From: Obrimoposthia wandeli | Taxonomy: Eukaryota | NCBI GenBank assembly: GCA_977020255.1 | Contig: CDROCS010006559.1 | Location: 1 to 64,000 of the forward strand | Length of the DNA stretch: 64,000 bases | Direction: 5' to 3' | In this document: positions 1 through 10,743 of the stretch, one piece after another | How the letters are laid out: each line of letters starts with the position of its first letter | Position numbering within the stretch: position 1 is the stretch's first letter | Notes under the pieces: model-generated | Seen by the model: only the letters and a program-made list of their open reading frames with translations | What the model was told of the DNA's origin: nothing | Database searches by the model: none | Program-made: the position numbers and the translations under genes

Positions 1-49
1 CTAAATCATCTTATTCATAGTATTTACACTTACGTTTCGTTGTCCCATC

Positions 50-934
50 TTAGAGCTGAGCCACTTCTATGGCCAGGGGGATACTCGACGAGGCTCCTAA
101 ACGCTGAACTGCAAGCGACGACGCTTTACAACCCGCTATTAGAGCTTGCTCTTTACTTGCTCCTCGATTGATTGCCGCCAGCAAAAATCCGAGAAAAGTG
201 TCACCTGCCGCAGTTGTATCAACAACCTCTACCTTATAGGCAGGCACTTGAATTACCTCTTCAGCATCTATCCACATCGCGCCATCACTACCGAGAGTCA
301 CAACAACATCCATGGGTGGTAATAGCTCTCTCACCGCTGCCACTATTTCTGTTGCAGATAAGTTCTGAGTTTTTAAGAGCTGTGAAATTTCAACTTGATT
401 GACCACCAACAGAGAAACTGCCTGTAGCGGAAACTGCCCAATATCCCTGAGCATTGGCGAGGGATTAAATGCGACTTTCAATCCCTTAGCCGATGCCAGG
501 TTGACTGCCTGAGCGGTATGACTACATTCGTTTTGTAATAATAACCAGTCACCGCTTTGTGCGGCGGTTAATTGTTGTTCTATATCACTGACAGTGTAAC
601 TGTGGTTGGCACCTGCAAAGAGTATGATTGAGTTCTCTGCCTGCTCGTCTACCTGGATAATAGCGTGACCACTGGGCTGATCAACCCCTTCGATAAACTG
701 GCAATCAACACCTGCACTTTCTAACTCACCAAGCACCCATTTATCACTGTGATTAAAACGACCAATATGGGCCACATCCGCTCCAGCTTTTGCCAGCGCA
801 ATAGATTGGTTAGCACCTTTGCCACCAAGTACTTGGCTATAAGCATCACTGGCCAGTGTTTCCCCTGGCTGAACTAAGTGAGGTACTTGATAGATATGAT
901 CAATATTAATTGAGCCGTAACTGTATACCTTCAT
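50..934 (-). CDS. rbsK: Ribokinase (PfkB family)
   Basis: 294 aa ORF with GSINID, GGKGANQ and the C-terminal DTTAAGDTF PfkB signature; last gene of the nucleoside ABC operon. Confidence 0.88.
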   Translation of the reverse strand: MKVYSYGSINIDHIYQVPHLVQPGETLASDAYSQVLGGKGANQSIALAKAGADVAHIGRFNHSDKWVLGELESAGVDCQFIEGVDQPSGHAIIQVDEQAENSIILFAGANHSYTVSDIEQQLTAAQSGDWLLLQNECSHTAQAVNLASAKGLKVAFNPSPMLRDIGQFPLQAVSLLVVNQVEISQLLKTQNLSATEIVAAVRELLPPMDVVVTLGSDGAMWIDAEEVIQVPAYKVEVVDTTAAGDTFLGFLLAAINRGASKEQALIAGCKASSLAVQRLGASSSIPLAIEVAQL

Positions 935-936
935 CT

Positions 937-1911
937 CTAACGCTCCTTCGAGTAAGGAACGCCGATCGACTTAGGCGCTACCGCCTTGCCAATAAAGCCT
1001 GCTAATAACACTACGGTCAAAATATAAGGTAACGCCTGCATCAACTGTGCGGGGATTTCGCCGATGAGTGGCAAATCAACCCCTTGCATTCTCACCGTCA
1101 AGGCATCAAGGAAGCCAAACAGTAGACAGGCAAATAGAGCGGTTTTAGGCTTCCACTTGCCAAAGATAAGTGCGGCAAGTGCAATGTAACCCTTACCTGC
1201 AGACATCTCCCGAATAAAAGATGCATTCTGTGCGATTGATAGGTAAGCGCCAGCAACACCACAGAGGATACCCGCGCAAATAACAGCGCGATACCGTAAC
1301 CAAACCACTGAAATACCTGCGGTATCTACAGCATGCGGGTTCTCTCCAACCGCACGCAAACGCAAACCAAAACGCGTTTGATAGACCACCCACCAAGTAA
1401 TAGGTACTGCGATAAACGCCATGTAGACCAGTATATTGTGACCGCTTAGCAACTGTGTATAAATAGTCCCTAACAAAGGTACATCCGCTACCTGAGCAGC
1501 CCATGGTAATTCGATGTTGGCAAAGCGTGCATCACCAGAGAGGAAAGGCGTCTGCCCGCCTCTTTGGAACCAGGCAATCCCTAATGTGACAGAAAGCCCT
1601 GAGGCTAATATATTGATTGCCAAACCACTGACTACTTGATTCCCTTTGTGTGTAATACAGGCGAAACCATGTAATAAAGCCATACAAACAGACACACCTA
1701 CTGCACAGAGCAAGCCCATCCAAGCAGAACCGGTCACTGCAGCAACCGCGGCAGCGGCGAAAGCACCGGCCAGCATTTTTCCTTCTAAACCAATATCGAC
1801 AATACCGGAGCGCTCAGAGAAAAGCCCAGCCATGGCGCATAAGATCAACGGGGTTGATACACGAATTGTTGCATCTAAGGTGGAGACTAAAATGAGCAGA
1901 AAATCAGACAT
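937..1911 (-). CDS. Sugar/nucleoside ABC transporter permease (NupC-like)
   Basis: Hydrophobic ORF with FSERSGIVDIGLEG, GLRLRAVGENPHA and GKGYIALAALIFG motifs. Confidence 0.9.
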   Translation of the reverse strand: MSDFLLILVSTLDATIRVSTPLILCAMAGLFSERSGIVDIGLEGKMLAGAFAAAAVAAVTGSAWMGLLCAVGVSVCMALLHGFACITHKGNQVVSGLAINILASGLSVTLGIAWFQRGGQTPFLSGDARFANIELPWAAQVADVPLLGTIYTQLLSGHNILVYMAFIAVPITWWVVYQTRFGLRLRAVGENPHAVDTAGISVVWLRYRAVICAGILCGVAGAYLSIAQNASFIREMSAGKGYIALAALIFGKWKPKTALFACLLFGFLDALTVRMQGVDLPLIGEIPAQLMQALPYILTVVLLAGFIGKAVAPKSIGVPYSKER

Positions 1912-3016
1912 TCGCGCGCTCCTTCTTGTTGACCCAGTTTAAGAACAGCTTCTCTAAGGTAGGTTTAATCATATAAGAGAGAGCACCACAAAACAGTATC
2001 ACTAAACCTTGTATAACGACCACGAGATCGCGGGTAATGGTGGGAACCTCAAACGATAATTCTGCCCCGCCCTGATACAGCGCCCCAAATAACAAGCTGG
2101 CCACTATAATACCCACTGGATGGTTACGCCCCATCAAAGACACTGCTATGCCAGTAAAACCTGCGCCGGCCACAAAATCTTGAATGATACGCCCCTGCGT
2201 CCCCATCACTTCGTTAATACCCACCATGGCCGCCAATGCACCTGATATGCACATAGTGATCACAATAGTACGCTTGGTATTAATACCGCTGTAGATCGCC
2301 GCACTTTCGTTAAAACCTATCATCCTTATCGCGTAACCTAAACGGGTATGCCAAATCAGCAACCACACTAGTACACAGCAAATAAGTGCAATAAACAGAG
2401 ATAAATTTAGCGGACTACTGGCAATATCTATATTGAAGAGCGCAAATATATCTTTCATAAATGGCAAGATTGCATCTTCATTAATTGCTCGGGATTCTGG
2501 AGACATCTTACCTGGCACAATCAATACATTAACCAGTAAAAAGACCATCAACGCTGAAGATAAGAAATTGAACATGATGGTGGTAATAACAATGTGACTA
2601 CCACGATAGGCTTGTAAATAGGCTGGAATAAAGGCCCACGCCGCACCAAAGAGCGCTCCCGCTGCAATCGCAAAGGGTAACAGTGCCCACCAAGGTAAAT
2701 AGTTATCCAGTGCCAGACACATCAAACCAACACCTAATCCGCCGATGTATGCCTGCCCCTCTCCACCAATATTAAACAATCCGGCGTGGAAAGCGACTGA
2801 CACTGCAAGACCGGTAAAAATGAAATTGGTCGTGTAATACAAGGTATAACCGATGCCTTCGTCATAACCAAAAGCGCCCGTTATCATATATTGAACTGCC
2901 TCAACGGGGCTCTCTCCGATCAATAAGATAACCAACCCTGAAACAAAGAAGGCTAAACATACGTTGATCAGGGGAATTAAACCTATATCAATCCAGGCCG
3001 GGAGTGTTTTATTCAT
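1904..3016 (-). CDS. Sugar/nucleoside ABC transporter permease (NupB-like)
   Basis: GLFNIGGEGQ and GFTGIAVSLMGRNHP motifs; start moved to the ATG at 3016, which overlaps the upstream stop. Confidence 0.9.
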   Translation of the reverse strand: MNKTLPAWIDIGLIPLINVCLAFFVSGLVILLIGESPVEAVQYMITGAFGYDEGIGYTLYYTTNFIFTGLAVSVAFHAGLFNIGGEGQAYIGGLGVGLMCLALDNYLPWWALLPFAIAAGALFGAAWAFIPAYLQAYRGSHIVITTIMFNFLSSALMVFLLVNVLIVPGKMSPESRAINEDAILPFMKDIFALFNIDIASSPLNLSLFIALICCVLVWLLIWHTRLGYAIRMIGFNESAAIYSGINTKRTIVITMCISGALAAMVGINEVMGTQGRIIQDFVAGAGFTGIAVSLMGRNHPVGIIVASLLFGALYQGGAELSFEVPTITRDLVVVIQGLVILFCGALSYMIKPTLEKLFLNWVNKKERANV

Positions 3017-4586
3017 TACCCGTCTCCTGTGCATTGCCGCCGGCGTTACCCATTAATAGCCCGAGTGTTTTTGCATCGGCGTCTTCCGCTGGCATTTCAC
3101 CGACGATCCGCCCCTCAAACATCACAATAATTCGATCACACAAGGACATCACTTCCTCTAATTCAACAGAGACTACCAATATTGCGCTGCCTGCATCACG
3201 CAAGCTGACCACTTGCTGATGAATAAACTCGATGGCGCCGATGTCAACACCACGCGTTGGCTGCCCTACTAGCAGTACTTTTGGTTGGCGTTCAATTTCA
3301 CGGGCAATACAGAGCTTTTGCTGATTGCCTCCGGAGAAGTTTGCCGATTTAAGATGAGGGTTAGCTGGACGGACATCGAACTGCTCCATCAGCCTTTCAC
3401 AATGAGAGGTGACTTCGTTACCTTTCATTAAAAACTTGCCGTTAAACTGTGGCGCATCCTGGAAGCCCATTATCGCAGACTCACGTGCACTAAAGTCGGT
3501 AACCATACCTTGTTTGTGTCGATCTTCAGCGACGTGCCCCATACTTAAATGGCGCATATCTTTGGCATTAAGCACATTATTGCTATCTACTTTAATACTG
3601 TTGACCACAATCTTGCCTTGCTGCACTGGCACTATGCCACTAAGTACATCGAGCAGCTCAGTCTGACCATTACCAGAAACCCCTGCGATACCGACAATCT
3701 CACCGGCACGCAGTTCAAAGCTAACATTGTCTAAACGGGTGACTTTATCACTATCTTTTAATGTCAACTGCTTTACGGCTAATAGTACTTCTCCAGGTTT
3801 AGCGACCGTTTTATCAACTTGCAACAGTACTTTTCGCCCTACCATTAACTCGGCAAGTTCTTCTTTACTAGTTTTAGCCGTCTGCCTAGACGCAACCATG
3901 GTGCCGGCACGCATTACCGTGACTTCATCGGTAATGGCCAGTATTTCTTGTAGCTTATGAGTAATTAACATAATGCTTACACCGCGCTGGCGCAGTGCTT
4001 TTAGAATATTAAATAGCTGTTCAACTTCCTGTGGCGTTAGCACTCCCGTTGGCTCGTCGAGAATCAAAATATCCGCGCCACGATATAGCGCTTTTAATAT
4101 TTCAACTCGCTGTTGTAAACCAACTGCCAGTTCGCCTGTGATGGCCTCGGGATCAACGGCTAAGCCAAACTCATCCGATAGGCGTTGTAACTCTTTACGC
4201 GCCGCTGCTTTACTCACTTTCAGTGAACTAGAGCTCTCGGCTCCCAGCATGACATTTTCCAGCACGCTGAAATTTTCAACCAGCATAAAATGCTGATGCA
4301 CCATGCCAATCCCCGCGGCAATAGCATCGCTGGAAGAGCGGATTAGTTGCTTAATGCCATCGACAAAGATATCTCCACTATCCGCTTCATAGAAGCCGTA
4401 GAGAATACTCATCAAGGTAGATTTACCCGCGCCGTTTTCGCCAATAATGCCGTGAATAGTGCCTTTAGCAACACTCAAATTGACATCTTTATTAGCGCGA
4501 ACTGGGCCAAAGCTTTTATTTATTTTGATTAGATCAATAGCAGGAGGCCGAGCGGCCTCCTGTTTGACAGCAGGAGTTGTCGTCAT
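3009..4586 (-). CDS. Nucleoside/sugar ABC transporter ATP-binding protein (CUT2, two ABC domains)
   Basis: Walker A GENGAGKST, LDEPTGVL and second-domain FSGGNQQK/QPTRGVD. Confidence 0.93.
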   Translation of the reverse strand: MTTTPAVKQEAARPPAIDLIKINKSFGPVRANKDVNLSVAKGTIHGIIGENGAGKSTLMSILYGFYEADSGDIFVDGIKQLIRSSSDAIAAGIGMVHQHFMLVENFSVLENVMLGAESSSSLKVSKAAARKELQRLSDEFGLAVDPEAITGELAVGLQQRVEILKALYRGADILILDEPTGVLTPQEVEQLFNILKALRQRGVSIMLITHKLQEILAITDEVTVMRAGTMVASRQTAKTSKEELAELMVGRKVLLQVDKTVAKPGEVLLAVKQLTLKDSDKVTRLDNVSFELRAGEIVGIAGVSGNGQTELLDVLSGIVPVQQGKIVVNSIKVDSNNVLNAKDMRHLSMGHVAEDRHKQGMVTDFSARESAIMGFQDAPQFNGKFLMKGNEVTSHCERLMEQFDVRPANPHLKSANFSGGNQQKLCIAREIERQPKVLLVGQPTRGVDIGAIEFIHQQVVSLRDAGSAILVVSVELEEVMSLCDRIIVMFEGRIVGEMPAEDADAKTLGLLMGNAGGNAQETGNE

Positions 4587-4609
4587 GCAGTTATCACTTC
4601 CCGATCAGA

Positions 4610-5605
4610 TTATAGTGATGGGCAAGAGTTGTCTGACATATAGTCATGGACTTTGATTTTACCAGCGATAATGTCTGCCTGCGCCTGATCAACAGCCGCT
4701 TTCATCTCTGCTGTAATTAAGTCTTTGTTATTGTCATCCAATGCCCAAGCAACACCGCCCTCGGCAAGGCCTAGTACATTAATACCTGGCTTCCAGCTAC
4801 CATCTTGTGCGCCTTTAAAAGCATTGAACGCGGCAACATCAACCTGCTTCGTCATCGAAGTTAACATAGTACCTGGGTGGATATGGTTTTGATTTGAGTC
4901 AACACCAATCGCGTACTTGCCCGCATCTTTAGCAGCTTGGTAAACACCGATACCGGTGCCACCAGCGGCGGCGAAAACCACATCTGATCCACGGTCAAAC
5001 TGACTGCGTGCTAACTCGCCGCCTTTAGCCGGGTCATTCCATGCAGTGGGGGTTGAGCCTGTCATGTTGCTGAAAACTTTTACATCATTAACTGCATATT
5101 TTGCGCCTTGTGCGAAACCACAGTTAAAGCGACGAATCAGAGGAATATCCATGCCACCTACAAAGCTTACAGCTTTGTTTTGCGACTTCAGGGCAGCTAA
5201 CATACCGACTAAAAATGAGCCTTCGTGCTCTTTAAAAACCACTGATTGGACATTTGGCTGATCTACAACTGCATCAATGATTGTAAACTTGGTATCCGGA
5301 AAATCTTTGGCTACTTTCTCAAGAGCCGGTGCTTGAGCAAATCCTACACCGAGAACTGGGTTAGCTTTACGCTGTGCCATTTTACGTAGCGCTTGCTCAC
5401 GCTGTGATGGATTAGTAACTTCAAACTCACGATAAGATATGCCACTTTCTTTCTTGAAGCGCTCAACACCTTCATAAACACCCTGGTTGAACGATTTATC
5501 AAACTTACCACCCATATCAAAAACAACTGCAGGCTTGATCTCTGCTGCCATTGCCGTGCTGGCCATTACTGCCGCTGTCGCCAGCGCTAAAAGTTGACGT
5601 TTCAT
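4610..5605 (-). CDS. BMP/PnrA-family ABC substrate-binding protein (purine nucleoside type)
   Basis: Signal peptide; GGKFDKSFNQ, FKEHEGSFLVG, IGVDSNQ motifs of the BMP family. Confidence 0.9.
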   Translation of the reverse strand: MKRQLLALATAAVMASTAMAAEIKPAVVFDMGGKFDKSFNQGVYEGVERFKKESGISYREFEVTNPSQREQALRKMAQRKANPVLGVGFAQAPALEKVAKDFPDTKFTIIDAVVDQPNVQSVVFKEHEGSFLVGMLAALKSQNKAVSFVGGMDIPLIRRFNCGFAQGAKYAVNDVKVFSNMTGSTPTAWNDPAKGGELARSQFDRGSDVVFAAAGGTGIGVYQAAKDAGKYAIGVDSNQNHIHPGTMLTSMTKQVDVAAFNAFKGAQDGSWKPGINVLGLAEGGVAWALDDNNKDLITAEMKAAVDQAQADIIAGKIKVHDYMSDNSCPSL

Positions 5606-5810
5606 GTAAATCTCCGTGATCTATTTATTATAATTTAGATGCAAAAAAACTATTTCACCAATCAAAAATACTTCCGATTAAGGAATGCGACTATCAAGAA
5701 TGACGTTAAAAGCAAAACTTTAGCCTTAAATCCAGTCCCATGATCCACCACTCAATCAAAGTCAGTGCCTCGTACAGAAAACCTACCGTACTAAAGGGCA
5801 ATGAACTGGC

Positions 5811-5824
5811 CATTGTATACAATG
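5811..5824. promoter_or_regulatory. Perfect 14-bp palindrome CATTGTATACAATG; candidate GntR-family operator
   Basis: Exact palindrome ~205 bp upstream of the BMP operon; the TTGTATACAA core resembles GntR/HutC-type operators. Confidence 0.55.
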
Positions 5825-6216
5825 TAAAATAAAATATCACAAAAAAATAAACCCCTTAAAATACCGAGTTTACCGGCAAAAGATAGCCGTTAGATTCAAA
5901 CATCATTTACCGCTAGAAATACACTTCAGTTGCACTGCTACGTCCCTCGTCCGCCAGCGGCCTAATTCACCGCAAAACTTGTAGAAACTAATGTTTATCC
6001 ACTGGCATGAGGCTATAACGCTCAAGCACCAAACTGCTGATATCTCTCTATTAATCTGTATTTATCGAACTTTATTGATTAAACACATCCAACTAATCAA
6101 TTCACGGGCGATTTTTTTGCTAGAATGCAGATTCTAATTTGCTAGCAGACAACGCTCGCGTAAGATAAAACCACATACTTTATTTTTGCAGCCGTGTAAT
6201 TTGGGATTTAGCCGTC

Positions 6217-7023
6217 ATGAACACTAAACAAATATTCTCCGTCGCCGCGTTAATCGGCTTTCTTATTTTCAACCCTGTATCCGCTGCAAGCATTGCTAAA
6301 GCGAAAGCGGCTGTCGAAGCCAAAGACTATAATAGCGCACTGAAAATGCTCAAGCCTATGGTCAAATCTGGTAATCCTGATGCATCTAACTTGCTAGGGC
6401 AGATGTATGAAAATGGCTGGGGAGTACCTGCCAATCTCGGTAGCGCAAAAACCTACTACAAGAAAGGTGCGCGCACTGGACACATTGCCAGTGTTAACAG
6501 CTTGCGTGCCCTAGATGATATCGATTACCTAAAAGAGCTAGTTGGCGTAAAAGAGAAGGCGCTACAAGGTAACGCCACGGCTCAAAATCGCTATGGCGAA
6601 ATGCTAGAGTATGGCTACGGTGTCAAACGCAATCCAGCAGCAGCCTTCGTACAATATCAACTTGCAGCGCAACAAAACTATGTCGCCGCGCAACACAATG
6701 TTGGCCGCAGCTATAATTTTGGCACTGGCATCAATCAAGATTTTTCCCAAGCTGAAAAATGGTATCGCATTGCCGCGAAGAAAGGTTACACCCAATCTAT
6801 GTTCTACCTCGGTACACTTTACGCCACTGCGCACGGTCAAGACGAAAGCGTTGACCAAGATATCACCGCTTACGCTTGGATGAGTAATGCTGCCGCCCTT
6901 GGCGACAACACTGCTAAATCTATTGAGAGTCGCTTACTCATGAAATTGCAAGACACTCAGATGAGTGAGGCTAAACAGCTTTCAGCTAGTTTCAAAAAAA
7001 CTTACGTTATCCCCTTCCAGTAA
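6217..7023 (+). CDS. Secreted Sel1-like repeat (TPR) protein
   Basis: Signal peptide followed by several AQxxLGxMYxxGxGV-type repeats. Confidence 0.85.
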   Translation: MNTKQIFSVAALIGFLIFNPVSAASIAKAKAAVEAKDYNSALKMLKPMVKSGNPDASNLLGQMYENGWGVPANLGSAKTYYKKGARTGHIASVNSLRALDDIDYLKELVGVKEKALQGNATAQNRYGEMLEYGYGVKRNPAAAFVQYQLAAQQNYVAAQHNVGRSYNFGTGINQDFSQAEKWYRIAAKKGYTQSMFYLGTLYATAHGQDESVDQDITAYAWMSNAAALGDNTAKSIESRLLMKLQDTQMSEAKQLSASFKKTYVIPFQ

Positions 7024-7039
7024 ATCACAGTTACTTATC

Positions 7040-7063
7040 GCGGGAGTCGTACCTCCCGCTTTT
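7040..7063 (+). terminator. Intrinsic terminator after the Sel1 gene
   Basis: GCGGGAG-tcgtac-CTCCCGC followed by TTTT. Confidence 0.6.
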
Positions 7064-7085
7064 ATAAACGGACTCTCCATTTTAT

Positions 7086-7523
7086 ATGCCATTACACTTT
7101 GATCAAACCTCCACTGCTCCAGCCACTTTGTTACGCCGCCTAGGTGCTATTGGTTATGATTTTTTAGTAGTGATTGCGCTTTCTTTTGCCGTCACCGCGA
7201 TCTGGCTCCTCATTACGGGCGCCGAAACCGCAACGGGTGCCGGCTTTAAGTCGACTTTGCTTGTCTCTGTCTTTGGCTTTTTTGCTCTCTTCTGGACCCG
7301 CAGCGGCCAAACCATCGGCATGATGGCATGGAGAATTCGCATCCAATCCAAAGAGGGACATGTGATCAGCTTAACTCAAGCACTCATACGTTTTTTTGTC
7401 GCTGCGTTTTCCGCCGCCTGCTTCGGCGCGGGTTACCTGTGGATGCTATTTGATGACGAAAAACTCACCTGGCAAGATCGTCTGTCCAACTCTGAAGTGG
7501 TTTACTTACCAAAAAAAATCTGA
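7086..7523 (+). CDS. RDD-family membrane protein
   Basis: RRLGAIGYD, GQTIGMMAWRIRI and WQDRLS motifs; usual position next to lptG. Confidence 0.88.
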   Translation: MPLHFDQTSTAPATLLRRLGAIGYDFLVVIALSFAVTAIWLLITGAETATGAGFKSTLLVSVFGFFALFWTRSGQTIGMMAWRIRIQSKEGHVISLTQALIRFFVAAFSAACFGAGYLWMLFDDEKLTWQDRLSNSEVVYLPKKI

Positions 7524-7820
7524 GAATATCAGTTTACCTCAACCGTATACTTGGTACTTTCCTGCGTGTATATCTAACCGCTGAAAGAACAGTTTGTAGG
7601 CCTAAGCCTGAAGACTCAATAACTCACTGCCTTTGTGTTATCTGCTAGCACTACCTCCCGCCAAATCGCCTGAGTCTATCCAGTATATTATGATATTCTC
7701 ACCGAATAAATGAAGAGGTTAAAGCTTAACACCTAGCTGCACTTCTTACCCATCACACTATTGAACACTGCATAACTAATGAGCGAGCGCGTTAATATTT
7801 GATCACAGGGAGTCGTATAT

Positions 7821-8240
7821 ATGTCCAACCTAAAATTGGTCCCCGAACTTTATTGCCAAGATATTGAGCTGACTAAAACGTTTTATGTCGATGTACTTGG
7901 ATTTACAATAAAATACGAAAGGAAAGAAGAAGGTTTTGCCTATTTCACAATGAATGGCGTAGATATTATGGTTGAAGGTCTCCAAGGATCTGATCGTCGC
8001 TGGCTGACCGCTGAGATGGTTAAGCCGTTTGGTCGCGGAGTAAACTTTCAATGGGAGGTTGATGAAATTGACAACATGTATTTAAGAGTCAAGGAAGCGG
8101 CTGCCAATGCAATATATCTTGAATTAGAAATAAAAGAATACCAGTGCGACAATCAAATCATCGTGCAAAAGCAGTTTATTGTCCAAGATTTAGATGGTTA
8201 TCTATTTCGCTTTTGTTGTGAAAACCAGCCGCATAATTGA
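7821..8240 (+). CDS. VOC/glyoxalase/bleomycin-resistance family protein
   Basis: LVPELYC..FYVDVLGF, PFGRGVNFQ, QDLDGYLFRF; upstream RBS GGGAG. Confidence 0.82.
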   Translation: MSNLKLVPELYCQDIELTKTFYVDVLGFTIKYERKEEGFAYFTMNGVDIMVEGLQGSDRRWLTAEMVKPFGRGVNFQWEVDEIDNMYLRVKEAAANAIYLELEIKEYQCDNQIIVQKQFIVQDLDGYLFRFCCENQPHN

Positions 8241-8348
8241 TACATTCTCACCTTTCAGTTGATGGTTCATTAACAACACATCAACTGAAAGTAAAAATTC
8301 CTGATAACTAGTTAATACAGATTAGATACGCCCGTTTTTGACTAAACC

Positions 8349-9413
8349 CTAAACTTTAGAGCGCTGCAACATTAGCAAGCCGAAGCACAGGCAGGCTAGT
8401 ATAGGCAGTATCACTGCAAACAAAGGGGACACACCGGATAGCGCGCTCACTTGACCTAGAATATCCTGCATAAACTTAAAAGTTAAACCAATGAGAACCC
8501 CAGTAATAATTCGCTGACCAATGCTGACACTGCGCAACGGGCCAAAGATAAATAACACGCCGATTAACACCAGAGCAACGATAGTCAACGGTTGGAATAA
8601 TTTAGACCAAAATGCAAAGAAATAGCGATCTGCACTGAGTGATTGCTCCGCTAGATAATTGGAAAAAGACCACAGCCCACTCATCGATAAATCTTGTGGC
8701 TTCACCACAACTACCGACAGTAACTCCGGTGTTAAACCTAAACGCCACTGCTCGCTCTCTAGGGTTGTAACTGATGTTTCGCGCGCTGAAAAGGTAGTTT
8801 TCTTTACTGTTTCAAGCTGCCAATGGTCCTCTTTATAATAGCCGCGCCGGGCAAAACTTGAACTTTTCATTTCGCCGTTGTTATCAAATTCGAAGCGCGT
8901 AATACCCTCTACTCGCCCTCCTGGTATAACAGCATTGATATGGATAAAAGTGTTATCTTCGCGATGCCACACACCGTTTTGCGAACGTAGCGCCTGGCCA
9001 CCAGATTTGGCTAACGCCTTAGTGGACTGTGCAAGTTGCTCAGTCACTGGCACTACAAATTCACCAACTGCCATCGCGATAAAAGCCAACACTACTGCAG
9101 GTTTGAGTACTGAGCCTACAATTCTAACCGTAGATACACCCGCTGCACGCATCACCGTTAACTCGCTGTGACTGGCCAAAATACCTAGGCCTATCAAGCA
9201 ACCTATTAGGCTACTCAGCGGTAAATACTCGTACAATCGACCTGGAATGCGATAGAGCAGATATTGAAAAATCACCTGCATGTTATAGCGTTCACTGACA
9301 TCGGCAACTTCATCGATGAAATCAAACACTAGGTCCAGTCCTACAATGACCAAAAGTACGACTGCGATAGCTGAAACGACTTGAACCGCTACATATTTAT
9401 CTAAACGCTTCAT
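8349..9413 (-). CDS. lptG: LPS export ABC permease LptG
   Basis: MKRLDKYV start, SELTVMRAAGVS motif, adjacent to lptF. Confidence 0.93.
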   Translation of the reverse strand: MKRLDKYVAVQVVSAIAVVLLVIVGLDLVFDFIDEVADVSERYNMQVIFQYLLYRIPGRLYEYLPLSSLIGCLIGLGILASHSELTVMRAAGVSTVRIVGSVLKPAVVLAFIAMAVGEFVVPVTEQLAQSTKALAKSGGQALRSQNGVWHREDNTFIHINAVIPGGRVEGITRFEFDNNGEMKSSSFARRGYYKEDHWQLETVKKTTFSARETSVTTLESEQWRLGLTPELLSVVVVKPQDLSMSGLWSFSNYLAEQSLSADRYFFAFWSKLFQPLTIVALVLIGVLFIFGPLRSVSIGQRIITGVLIGLTFKFMQDILGQVSALSGVSPLFAVILPILACLCFGLLMLQRSKV

Positions 9414-9417
9414 CCGC

Positions 9418-10524
9418 TTAACTCTCTTTACGCTTGAGGAGATTTATCTTAGGTATCTTATTTAAGAGCCCACTCCAAAATTGTTCATAATATATAAGGC
9501 TCAAGCCATATGTCAGAAACACCCCATGTACTAACCAAATGTAAAAGATACTCGCGCCCTTCTCTATGTCATCTTTGGCACTTGTCAGTAATGTAATATA
9601 AAGCAAGTAGAGCAAAATGGATGGGATCATCCTGGCGTAGCGCCCTTGCCGTGGATTGGCGTGACTGAGTGGCACTGCAATTAAAACAACGATAATGGAG
9701 AGTAAAGGTAATGATATTCGCCACTGCAATTCTGCAATTTGCTCACCATCTTGACTGCCTATCAGTGAGAATGTCGATTTAGCGCTCACCTCATCTTTGG
9801 CCAGCTGTATTTTACGCTCGGGTAATAAATAACCATATTCTTTATACGCCAGCTTTTCATAGGCCAACTTACCTGGTTGCCCCGTGTAGCGCATACCTTT
9901 TTCTAAGACTAAATAACGATTCCCTTGCTCGTCACTTTGCTGTCGGCCGGACGCCGCTAAGGTTATTTGAATATCACCGGTTTTACGATCTACCTGTGAT
10001 ATAAACACCTGATCAAGCTGGCGTCGATTATCACTAAAGCCGCTGGTATAAGCTGTGCCGCCACCCGGTAAGCTCTGAAAACGTCCGGCAGTCAACTTAT
10101 CTAGCTCATTGAGAGAGTCCTGCTCCGCGTAAACCTTCTCTAATTGCTGCCAAGCTTGGGGGGACACATACAAACTCAAACTACCAACAATTAGTGCTCC
10201 GGCAAGTGCAGGGGCTAGGGCAAAGGCCACTAATTTTCGACCACTGGCGCCACAGGCCCTTAGCACTGACATTTCACTATCTAAATATAGCCGCCCGTAA
10301 GAAAGCAACACTCCAAGAAAGAGAGCCAATGGGATTATCAGCATCAACATACTGGGTAAACGGTAGAGAATCATCTGGGCGACAAACACTAAGCTAGTAT
10401 CGCCACTCACTGCATTTGAAAGCAAACGCACGAGGCGGCTGCTTATAATAATAGGGACCAGAACAAGCGCCACGGCAAAGGTACTTAAAAATATTTCTCT
10501 GGCTAAATATCGGTAAATAATCAA
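9418..10524 (-). CDS. lptF: LPS export ABC permease LptF
   Basis: IIYRYLARE start (TTG), GRLYLDSEMSVL, AELQWRISLP, NPRQGRY; divergent from pepA. Confidence 0.93.
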   Translation of the reverse strand: MIIYRYLAREIFLSTFAVALVLVPIIISSRLVRLLSNAVSGDTSLVFVAQMILYRLPSMLMLIIPLALFLGVLLSYGRLYLDSEMSVLRACGASGRKLVAFALAPALAGALIVGSLSLYVSPQAWQQLEKVYAEQDSLNELDKLTAGRFQSLPGGGTAYTSGFSDNRRQLDQVFISQVDRKTGDIQITLAASGRQQSDEQGNRYLVLEKGMRYTGQPGKLAYEKLAYKEYGYLLPERKIQLAKDEVSAKSTFSLIGSQDGEQIAELQWRISLPLLSIIVVLIAVPLSHANPRQGRYARMIPSILLYLLYITLLTSAKDDIEKGASIFYIWLVHGVFLTYGLSLIYYEQFWSGLLNKIPKINLLKRKES

Positions 10525-10743
10525 AAAATCTTGCCCTGTCGCTAAATAGTTAAAAGGTTTATAGTATCGCCCTAAAGCGTGCCAATAGCGCTACTAAATC
10601 TGAGTGTGCTGCGTATCTGTTGAAATCAGACTATAGAATAGCCTGATAATTCATCAACATTGAACGTCAGCCGTTTTATTTCAGCTCAGTTTAGTAATGC
10701 GCCGGCTATTATCTTACAAAGTTAGCCCAATGTCTTCTCTGGA

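Noticed and set aside
5606-5810. Purine riboswitch upstream of the nucleoside ABC operon
   Set aside because: No recognisable purine-riboswitch core or terminator/anti-terminator is visible
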